64,000 nucleotides of DNA, from the IMG/VR virus record IMGVR_UViG_3300009506_000018, positions 3,251-67,250 of that record; one strand, 5' to 3'. The notes beneath the pieces were generated by a model. That model was not told where the DNA came from, did not search any database, and saw nothing but the letters and a program-made list of their open reading frames with translations. Within the stretch, counting starts at the first letter, position 1, and every line of letters starts with the position of its first letter. Positions 1 to 8,010 of this stretch are shown piece by piece. A program made the translations under genes and the position numbers. The DNA comes from a virus.

Positions 1-4
1 CTTA

Positions 5-589
5 ATGGCAAACGTAGACGCGCCATTCGGTTTCCGCCCGAACGTCCATCAGGTGGGTGGTTGTCCGAATAGGCTGAATGCGTACGAAATTGCCGATGGT
101 TACACCACGAGCATCTTCTCCGGTGATCTGGTCCGATCCGATACCACTGCTGGTGGTAGGACGATCGAGCTGGCCCCGGATGGGACGGCTGCTCGCATCC
201 TCGGCGTCTTCGCCGGGTGCCAGTATGTCGATGCTCAGGGTGACGTGAAGTTCAGCCAGTACTGGCCCGCCAGTACTGCGCTTGCAACCGGCACGGTAGC
301 CACGGCATACGTGTACGACGACCCGGGCCTCGAATTGATCGCGCAGATTACGACCGTCGCTGCGGCGGACGTGGGCGCGGCTTTCGAGTGGCAAAACGGC
401 ACAGGCAATGCCGCCAACGGCAGGAGCGGTGGTTACATCGATCAGGCCCAGACGACAACTCCCCAGATTCGCATCGAGGGACTGTCCGAGGGCATCGATG
501 GCATCGCTCTTTCCGCGTACGGTGCCTTCGCCAAAGTTCGCTGCCGCATTCTCGCGCATGAGAAAGCTGCAGCCCTGACTGCGTTTTAA
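5..589 (+). CDS. Putative capsid decoration/minor capsid protein
   Basis: 194 aa, MANVDAPFGFRP N-terminus, directly upstream of MCP; function inferred from position. Confidence 0.6.
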   Translation: MANVDAPFGFRPNVHQVGGCPNRLNAYEIADGYTTSIFSGDLVRSDTTAGGRTIELAPDGTAARILGVFAGCQYVDAQGDVKFSQYWPASTALATGTVATAYVYDDPGLELIAQITTVAAADVGAAFEWQNGTGNAANGRSGGYIDQAQTTTPQIRIEGLSEGIDGIALSAYGAFAKVRCRILAHEKAAALTAF

Positions 590-604
590 CGGAGGGTAAT
601 CACG

Positions 605-1519
605 ATGTCAGTAATGAATCGCGCAACCTTCCGCAAAGAACTGCAGGAAGGTCTGAACACCGTCTTCGGAATGGAGTATCGCCGCTATCCCAACGAGTGG
701 CGTCCGCTCTTCGAAGTCGCACAGTCCAACAAGGCGTACGAGGAAGACGTGCTGCTCGCTGGTCTGGCCGGAGCGCCGGTCAAGCCCGAGGGTGGCCCGG
801 TGTCCTACGATGCCGGTGGCGAGGCATACGTCAGCAGGTACGTCCACGAGACGATCGCGCTGGCGTTTGCCCTGACCGAGGAAGCCGAGGAGGACAACCT
901 CTACGGATCGATCGGTGGCAAGTATGCTCGGGCGCTGGCCCGGTCCATGCAGCACACGAAGGAAGTGAAGGGCGCAGCCATCTTCAACAATGGCTTCGAC
1001 GCGAACTATCCGGGTGGTGATGCGGTACCGCTGTTCAGCACCGGGCATCCTCTCTGGGGCGGAGGCACGCAGGCGAACACGTTCGCCACGCAGGCCGACC
1101 TCTCGGAGACGTCGCTGGAAGAGGCGTTCATCGCCATCAGCAAGTTCGTGGACGAGCGGGGCATCCCGATCGCCGTCCGGGCTCAGAAGCTGGCAATCCC
1201 GTCAGACCTGATGTTCGTGGCCGAACGACTGGTGTCTTCGCCCTATCGTCCGGGCACCGCTGACAACGATGTCAACGCCATGAAGTCCATGGGCATGCTC
1301 CCCGGTGGCGTCCACGTGAACCACAGGTTCACCGATGCCAACGCATGGTTCCTGCTCACGGACTGCCCGGATGGCCTGAAGCACATGGTGCGGAAGGGTA
1401 TCCAGCGTGGCATCGAAGGCGACTTCGAGACGGGCAACATGCGGTACAAGGCGCGTGAGCGGTACAGCTTCGGCTGGTCCGACTACCGTGCCGGGTTCGG
1501 CAGCTCAGGCACCGCGTAA
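605..1519 (+). CDS. Major capsid protein (HK97-fold, Mu gpT-like family)
   Basis: 304 aa; RATFRKELQEGLNTVFGMEY...KARERYSFGWSDYR pattern typical of this MCP family; GGAGGG SD. Confidence 0.88.
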   Translation: MSVMNRATFRKELQEGLNTVFGMEYRRYPNEWRPLFEVAQSNKAYEEDVLLAGLAGAPVKPEGGPVSYDAGGEAYVSRYVHETIALAFALTEEAEEDNLYGSIGGKYARALARSMQHTKEVKGAAIFNNGFDANYPGGDAVPLFSTGHPLWGGGTQANTFATQADLSETSLEEAFIAISKFVDERGIPIAVRAQKLAIPSDLMFVAERLVSSPYRPGTADNDVNAMKSMGMLPGGVHVNHRFTDANAWFLLTDCPDGLKHMVRKGIQRGIEGDFETGNMRYKARERYSFGWSDYRAGFGSSGTA

Positions 1520-1529
1520 GCGGAACAGT

Positions 1530-1603
1530 GGGCCCCCGGGATTTGGTAAACAGGAGCTTTTAGACCGGCTGCTTTGCGTCCTCAACCCGGGGGCCCCCTT
1601 TTT
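1530..1603 (+). terminator. GC-clamped stem-loop plus T tract after MCP (terminator/attenuator)
   Basis: GGGCCCCCGGG (1530-1540) / CCCGGGGGCCC (1586-1596) perfect 11-bp inverted repeat, 45-nt loop, TTTTT at 1599-1603. Confidence 0.6.
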
Positions 1604-1640
1604 ACCCTGACGACCCTTTAAGGGACATTGGAGAAGACAG

Positions 1641-2093
1641 ATGGGTAAGCGTTCGACAGTGAAAGGCTACTGGCGTCAGCGCGGTAGCGGAGCGGAATCA
1701 CGGGCAACTCCCGCCCCGGTTCTGTCTCATCTCGCCGTCACCTTCGACGGCGCAGCTGCAAACACGACCCTGACGGGCAAGTGGCTCCCGGCAGGTGCCA
1801 TCATTCTGTCGGTGGACGTCGTATCCGGCCATACCGGCGGCACGACTCCCGCCGTCGATATCGGCGTCAACACGGCAACCCCGGACCCGGACGGCATCCT
1901 CAACGGGGCTGTGTCCACCACCACGGCACGCTACGTGGTCGGCGACGCACAGGCTGGCGTTCTCGTCGGCGCGGCGCTGGCGGCAGACGCGGAGATCACG
2001 GCAGGCGATGACGGCACCGGCACGGCTGGCACGGGCAACATCACGGCAATCATCACGTTCGGATTCAATGACGACGGCGTAGTCAACGACTAA
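1641..2093 (+). CDS. Virion structural protein, unknown function
   Basis: 150 aa G/A/T-rich beta-type sequence, GGAG SD, structural operon. Confidence 0.6.
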   Translation: MGKRSTVKGYWRQRGSGAESRATPAPVLSHLAVTFDGAAANTTLTGKWLPAGAIILSVDVVSGHTGGTTPAVDIGVNTATPDPDGILNGAVSTTTARYVVGDAQAGVLVGAALAADAEITAGDDGTGTAGTGNITAIITFGFNDDGVVND

Positions 2094-2104
2094 GGGGGTG
2101 AATC

Positions 2105-2443
2105 ATGCGCCCCATTAGGAAGGAAGTGACGGCAGCCGGGACGTACTACATCCCGGTCAACCGTTACACCGATGACACCGTCATCACCGTTCAGGTCACC
2201 GGACTGACGATCACGTCCGTGAGCTGGACCATCGACAACATCCGCGCCAATGCAGGAGCGAATTCCTACAGCGGCGTGGCGACGGCGGTGGCCCCGGCTT
2301 CAGCGAACTGGATCGCCCGTGCGGCAGACGCGGATGGTTCCTACCGGATCACGTGGCCGATTGACTCGGTCAGGGTGATTCTGGGAGGCACTGGTACAGG
2401 TACGATCACTGTCCTGCAGGACACGATGACAAGCGGAGGATAA
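2105..2443 (+). CDS. Hypothetical structural protein
   Basis: 112 aa, GGGGG SD, structural operon. Confidence 0.6.
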   Translation: MRPIRKEVTAAGTYYIPVNRYTDDTVITVQVTGLTITSVSWTIDNIRANAGANSYSGVATAVAPASANWIARAADADGSYRITWPIDSVRVILGGTGTGTITVLQDTMTSGG

Positions 2444-2446
2444 GCC

Positions 2447-3199
2447 ATGGCGACCAGCGGGACATTTCTCTGGTCCCCCGAGCTGGCCGACATGGTTGAC
2501 GAGGCGTTCGAGCGTGCGAAGGTCGATCCTTCCACGCTCGGATACCGTCATCTCCAGTCTGCTCGGCGGTCGATCAACTACATGCTCGCCGACTGGGCGA
2601 CGCGGGATCTTCAGGAGTGGAAGATCTCCCGCGTGGACTTGCAGACGATGGCGAGTCTCGGCACGCCCATCACGCAGGGCACGGCGACTTATACCCTGTC
2701 AGCCGAGTTCCTAGATGTCATCAACGTCTTCCTCAGGCGTGACGGCATCGATACGCCGATCGAGTTCATGTCCCGGCAGGAATGGGCAGACATCCCAGAC
2801 AAGACCGTGCAGGGCCGACCTGACAGGGTCTTCGTTGACAAGCAGCGCGATGCCATCACGGTATCGTTCTGGACGGTGCCGGAGAATTCCACCGACGCCG
2901 TCTACTTCGACATCGTCAGCAAGTTCGAAGACCACGACGCAGCTGCAGACAACCCCGACGTCCCTTACTACGCCCGCGAGGCTTTCGTGGCGGATCTGGC
3001 GGCAAGGCTGGCCGAGAAGTTCTCGGATCCCGGGGTCGAGGACCGGCTCAGGATCAAGGCCTACGGACACCCGGCCAACCCGGGAGACAAGGGCGCTCTG
3101 GGCCGGGCGATCTCCGCGACCCGTGAGCGTGGCGACGTCAGGATCGTGCCATCCAGCAACTGGGCCCGCAGGCGTGGCACATCGAGGAGCTATCGCTGA
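2447..3199 (+). CDS. Head-tail adaptor / tail tubular protein A-like
   Basis: 250 aa; MATSGT..DEAFER..ARRSINYML..W pattern of podovirus adaptor proteins. Confidence 0.7.
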   Translation: MATSGTFLWSPELADMVDEAFERAKVDPSTLGYRHLQSARRSINYMLADWATRDLQEWKISRVDLQTMASLGTPITQGTATYTLSAEFLDVINVFLRRDGIDTPIEFMSRQEWADIPDKTVQGRPDRVFVDKQRDAITVSFWTVPENSTDAVYFDIVSKFEDHDAAADNPDVPYYAREAFVADLAARLAEKFSDPGVEDRLRIKAYGHPANPGDKGALGRAISATRERGDVRIVPSSNWARRRGTSRSYR

Positions 3200-5982
3200 T
3201 GGCTCGGTCGGGCAGGCGACAATACGCGAAAGGACGGCATGCGCTGGCTGAATGCCAGCGGTCCGGCCAGAAGATGCGTTACCGGGATCTGGTCGAAGAC
3301 GGCCACGTCCCGGGCCTGCTCGTGCATCCTGACTGGTGGGAGCCGAAGCACCCGCAGGAGATCCCGGTCAGCGTGGATGATCCGATCGCGCTGTGGCGTC
3401 CCGCCCCGGAGATCTCGAAGCCGCCGGGCGAGGGCGATGATCCCCGTACCGGATGCTGCAATCTCGATCCGTCCACCCCGGCGAACACCACCACCTCGGG
3501 CAGTCTGTCTGGCGGGGAGACGATCGTCGGCATCAACGATGCCCTCAGGTTCGACGAGGCGCAGGGCAGGGAGACGTTCGCTTACATCCAGATGGACAAC
3601 GGCGATTGGTATTGCTCGCCGATCGTGGTACCGATCCGCTGCACGCCGACCTACGTGATCAACCTGTCCTATCCGTTCGATGGGCCATCGCCAGTTTCTC
3701 CCGGCAACAAGGTCATTGCCGGGAACGACACCAATTTCGTACTGGCTGCCGCCGCCGTACCCAGCTCGCTCAGCGAGAGCGGCAGCGCCAGCTCGGAAAC
3801 CAGCGCGATCCAGATCAATGCCGTGGGCGGATGCCCGCCGTATCTCTACCAGTGGGAGTGGGTCACTCAGCCTGACCCGCTGATCACGATCACTTCTCCG
3901 ACGTCATCCAGCTCGACACTGACCATTGGTGCGCTGGCCGATGGTAATTACTCCGGCGAGATACTGGTCACGATCACGGACACTGGCAGTACCCCGCAGG
4001 AGACGACAGTGAACATCCCGGTCACGATTACCCTCGCCAGCATCCTCGGTCTGATCTTCGGTGCCGATTACAACACCGGCACGGGCGATCAGAGCGTTCT
4101 GACCTCCGAGGACAATCTGACCACGCTGACAAATTTCAACCTCGACGAGGGCGCAGACAACTGGCAGAACCAGCAGGCGATGGGCTACGGCAATTACGTG
4201 GTGACCCAGTCAGACGAAACAGAAGGCTGGTTCTCCCGCGATAACGGCGCGACCTATCATCGCATCAATACCTACGCTGATACCGTCACCGGCCTCGGTA
4301 ATGGCGGCGGCAACTCGATGATTCCCTACACCGTGACGTACGGCACGGAGTTCGACATCAACGCCCTGATCCGGGCAGATGGTGTGGAGATCATCAGCGA
4401 CAAGATGGGCAACAAGACGATCAGCTCATCCGGCATTGCTCCGATCTATTCCGATGAAACCGGCGTGATCGACTTTGGCGATGCGTCCATCCAGCTCAAT
4501 GGCAATGGCACGGGTTACCTGCGGGCCTATAACGCGGCTGACAGCGATTTCACCGCCGACGAGTACACCATCGAGTTTACCTACAAGCCGGGAACGGGTG
4601 ACCTGACTGTCGATGCCACCACCGAGAAGATCATCCTGCACTCGGACAAGACATGGGGCACGGCAGGCAGCTGGTATATCTCGTTCATAGAAAGTGCGGC
4701 CAGCACGGGTGGTATCCGGTTCGTCTCTCACAACGGAGCTACCGTCGAGGCCGAAGTGGCGCTGGCCGTATCGACCGCGAATGAGCTGGCGAGCCCGAAT
4801 GGTTACCGGCACTTCATGGTGTCCCGCTGGGTTGATCATGCTGGCGATGCCCGGTTCGCAGTGCGGGTCGGTGCAACAGGCAATGTCGCCCAGACGCTGA
4901 CCGGAGCCACGCACCAGATCGACAAGAACTTCAGGATCGGCAGTGATGGTTCCGGTAGTTCCACCGGCAGAAGCACGATTGCCAACCTCGGCTGGGCGGA
5001 CGGGAAGATTCAGGACATCCGGGTCACGGACGGCTTCGCCCGTGGCGCTTATTTTGGCTCTGCCATGGGCACGGGCGACAACCGGATGTACCAGCAGGAA
5101 TTCTGGCCCACCGGCACGACCGAGGACATGCTGGTCTTCAACCGTACCGACTCGAACAATGCTGGCACGGTCATTCAGGCAGTGAATGATTTTGATGTTC
5201 ATATTCAGGGCTCGTGGTTCTACCGCTCGACCAACAACATCGAAGGGGCGAAAGCCCTGTACGGAATGACGCTGCATAACGGCGAGTTCTACGCATGGGA
5301 GGGCACCGCTTATTTCGGGACTTCGTCAACGAACAGGCCAATGCGGATCACGAAGTGGAACCCGGCAACGAAGCTGACTCCGTGGAGAACGGCGGACATC
5401 ACCGAAGTAGTGGACCTGACGACGTTGGTGCCGGTGGGGTGGACGAGCTACTGGTACACCCAGCTAAGTGGCTATCCAACAGGCGATGGCGCGAATATCT
5501 GGATCGGCAGTGACGGCACTAACCTGATCGCCAGCATCCTGTCGATTCAGGACACCCAGCGGGCGATTGCGTGGTCGGCCAACAACGGTTCCACGTGGAA
5601 CGTGAACAGCAACGAGATCAGCTGGGCATCGACGCTTGATTATCCGATGCAGATGGTGGTGGCCCCTGACGGTTATGTCTACTTCGTGAGCTTCGGTGGC
5701 GTCTGGTATCCGTCAGGCCCGGTATCCTCGAACCCGACCTACACCTACACCAACATCCGCTCGCTGTACACGTCGAACCGTGGCAATTGCAATCAGGGGA
5801 TCTGGGCGAACAACCGGCTGTATATCGTCGGTCAGTCCAACTTCTCCCCGGCCACGGCGGCGCTGTGGTATTCCGATGATCAGGGGGCCAGCTTCACGCA
5901 GATCACGCCGATCGAGCAGTCCGCCCTGACCGGGGAGATCAAGCTGAATACCGTGGGCACCTACAACATAGGGACACCCTGA
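3199..5982 (+). CDS. Conserved small neck protein fused to Ig-like, LamG and Asp-box propeller domains
   Basis: 927 aa; N-terminal KGRHALAECQRSGQK..WEPKHPQ module; Asp-box-like FSRDNGATY, WSANNGSTW, YSDDQGASF; LamG-like segment ~4460-5045. Confidence 0.65.
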   Translation: MARSGRRQYAKGRHALAECQRSGQKMRYRDLVEDGHVPGLLVHPDWWEPKHPQEIPVSVDDPIALWRPAPEISKPPGEGDDPRTGCCNLDPSTPANTTTSGSLSGGETIVGINDALRFDEAQGRETFAYIQMDNGDWYCSPIVVPIRCTPTYVINLSYPFDGPSPVSPGNKVIAGNDTNFVLAAAAVPSSLSESGSASSETSAIQINAVGGCPPYLYQWEWVTQPDPLITITSPTSSSSTLTIGALADGNYSGEILVTITDTGSTPQETTVNIPVTITLASILGLIFGADYNTGTGDQSVLTSEDNLTTLTNFNLDEGADNWQNQQAMGYGNYVVTQSDETEGWFSRDNGATYHRINTYADTVTGLGNGGGNSMIPYTVTYGTEFDINALIRADGVEIISDKMGNKTISSSGIAPIYSDETGVIDFGDASIQLNGNGTGYLRAYNAADSDFTADEYTIEFTYKPGTGDLTVDATTEKIILHSDKTWGTAGSWYISFIESAASTGGIRFVSHNGATVEAEVALAVSTANELASPNGYRHFMVSRWVDHAGDARFAVRVGATGNVAQTLTGATHQIDKNFRIGSDGSGSSTGRSTIANLGWADGKIQDIRVTDGFARGAYFGSAMGTGDNRMYQQEFWPTGTTEDMLVFNRTDSNNAGTVIQAVNDFDVHIQGSWFYRSTNNIEGAKALYGMTLHNGEFYAWEGTAYFGTSSTNRPMRITKWNPATKLTPWRTADITEVVDLTTLVPVGWTSYWYTQLSGYPTGDGANIWIGSDGTNLIASILSIQDTQRAIAWSANNGSTWNVNSNEISWASTLDYPMQMVVAPDGYVYFVSFGGVWYPSGPVSSNPTYTYTNIRSLYTSNRGNCNQGIWANNRLYIVGQSNFSPATAALWYSDDQGASFTQITPIEQSALTGEIKLNTVGTYNIGTP

Positions 5983-6650
5983 TGGCGTACAAGACGACAG
6001 CAACTGACCTGACCGCGAACCTTCAGGCATGGCTTGAAGATGACAGTTCGGAATTCGCCGCCTCGATCCCCCAGATCATCAATCTCGGCGAGCTTCGGCT
6101 GCTGAAGGATCTCGATCTGACGATCTTCGATTCCGCCACCACCGCCAGCACGGCGGTCAGTAATGACATCCTCTCGAAGCCAGCGGCGTACACCAGCGAC
6201 TTCCAGCTGGGGGTGCGCTGGATGTACATCTCGGTCAGCGGGGAAACAAAGTGGCTGGAGCTGCGCTCGATCGATTTCGTGCGCGACTATCTCAATGGCG
6301 TGGACGGGCTGCCGAAGTACTTTGCCGAGGACGGCGAGTCACAGTGGCGGCTGGCCCCGAGCCCGGATGCGATCTACACCGTGAACATCAATTTCCGGTC
6401 ACGCCCCTCGCCACTGGTGGTGACGACCAACGAGAGTAACTGGCTGAGCGACAACGCGGCAGACATCCTCCAGTACGCCTGTCTGGCGGAGGCCGAGAAG
6501 TTCGTCAAATCAGACGACAGGATCCCGATCTGGGAGAACGATTATGTGGCGCGTTTCCCGGCGGCGAAACGTGAGATCGACGGGCTCATAAACACCCGCT
6601 ACAACCAGCTGGGCATGACCGCCATGCCGTTTCCGCAGGGAGCTAGATAA
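5982..6650 (+). CDS. Tail tubular/adaptor protein
   Basis: 222 aa; L...QAWLEDD..F...IPQII..GE.RL pattern; GLPKYFA...W.LAP.PD..Y. Confidence 0.65.
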   Translation: MAYKTTATDLTANLQAWLEDDSSEFAASIPQIINLGELRLLKDLDLTIFDSATTASTAVSNDILSKPAAYTSDFQLGVRWMYISVSGETKWLELRSIDFVRDYLNGVDGLPKYFAEDGESQWRLAPSPDAIYTVNINFRSRPSPLVVTTNESNWLSDNAADILQYACLAEAEKFVKSDDRIPIWENDYVARFPAAKREIDGLINTRYNQLGMTAMPFPQGAR

Positions 6651-7582
6651 TGTCTCAGACGACTAAGAACCTGCGTCTCACGATGCAGGACACGAACGAT
6701 AACCCGGATACGTGGGGGACCGTTCTCAACACCAGCATGTTCAAGCTGCTGGAAGACTCGATCGTCAAGCGGACGAAGATCGATGGCTTCGCGCTGGGGA
6801 CAACTATCGCGCTCGCCTACGGCAATGGCACTACCACCGAGCCGGACGCTCGCGGCATGCTGCTCGACTGCTACAACAATCCCGGTGGCCCGGTCACCAT
6901 TACGGTGCCGATCGAGGGCGCTGGTGCTTACGGCAACGCTGATGAGTACGGCAAACTGTACATCGTCAGGAACGGGTTCGATGGCGGCTACGACATCACC
7001 TTCCAGACTTCAGGCGGGGCCAGCGTCACGGTGCCCAACGGCGAATCCCGCATCGTGTTTGTGGACAGCGCGGGGGCGTACTTCGTAAACCCGGGCGATG
7101 CCACTTTCGCCACCAGCTCAACCAATGCCACCAATGCCGACAACCTGTTGTCAGACGGCGGTTATGTGACCGGGGAGAGCTTCGTCAGGACCGACCTCGG
7201 TGTCGGCAGCTCGAAGATTCAGAAGTTCACGCAGGGGCAGAATGCCGTCCGGCAGGCCCTGACGTGGGGCGGAACCATTGCCGTGCCGAACAAGGATTCG
7301 AATTCCTTCGCGGTGACGGTGACCAGTGCGATCGCGGCGACATTCTCTAACCCTTCGACCCAGACCGCTGATTCTGACGGGCAGGTGATTCGGATCATGA
7401 TCCACCATCAGACTTCCGGGGCAACGATCACGTGGGGCACTGCCTACGCATGGCCGGGCGGCACAGCCCCGACGCTGACCACTGGCACCGCTGGCGCGGT
7501 GGACTATGTCGCCTTCGAGTATTTCAGGGACTATCCGGGCGGCGGCAAGTGGGTCGGCTCGGCTTTGCTGGATGTATCGTAA
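6650..7582 (+). CDS. Tail fibre/anchor protein
   Basis: 310 aa; NLRLTMQDTNDNPDTWGTVLN N-terminal anchor motif; C-terminal WPGGTAPTLTTG...AVDYVAF fibre-tip module. Confidence 0.7.
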   Translation: MSQTTKNLRLTMQDTNDNPDTWGTVLNTSMFKLLEDSIVKRTKIDGFALGTTIALAYGNGTTTEPDARGMLLDCYNNPGGPVTITVPIEGAGAYGNADEYGKLYIVRNGFDGGYDITFQTSGGASVTVPNGESRIVFVDSAGAYFVNPGDATFATSSTNATNADNLLSDGGYVTGESFVRTDLGVGSSKIQKFTQGQNAVRQALTWGGTIAVPNKDSNSFAVTVTSAIAATFSNPSTQTADSDGQVIRIMIHHQTSGATITWGTAYAWPGGTAPTLTTGTAGAVDYVAFEYFRDYPGGGKWVGSALLDVS

Positions 7583-8010
7583 TGCCGTTCTGGGGCTCAC
7601 CCGCGCTGCTGTATCAGCCACCGATCGTTTTCACGTTTCGCGGCGCAGACGCGAACGTCAACGGGACGACATACGCGGGCCTGCGCCTGAATGCTGATGG
7701 CACGATGGATCAGCGAACGGCGTTCTCGACTTACACGTCTAAGGGCACGTGGGTCACGCCGACGGTCACCACTGAGGAATTCTCCGTGTACTTTCTGGCA
7801 AACGGCGCAGAGGTCACGGGCTCGACCAGAGATCAGTGGATACAAATCGGCAATGGCACGCCGCAGGAGTGGTATCACAATAGCTCGGGCCTGAACCGGC
7901 AATACACCATTTACCTGTCTTTCGACAACACGAAGTCTGGCACTACGCCGCCCTATTATCCCGGCGAAACTTACGATGGGTCGTTCACAGGGACTCTGAG
8001 CGTACCGTAA
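7582..8010 (+). CDS. Small tail-fibre-associated protein
   Basis: 142 aa from ATG in TAATG overlap (MPFWGSP...); TAATG overlap into next gene. Confidence 0.6.
   Translation: MPFWGSPALLYQPPIVFTFRGADANVNGTTYAGLRLNADGTMDQRTAFSTYTSKGTWVTPTVTTEEFSVYFLANGAEVTGSTRDQWIQIGNGTPQEWYHNSSGLNRQYTIYLSFDNTKSGTTPPYYPGETYDGSFTGTLSVP

Noticed and set aside
1606-1630. CTGACGA plus hairpin as a third hammerhead
   Set aside because: Stem is followed by ACA rather than GAAA, and no stem III/UH site is present
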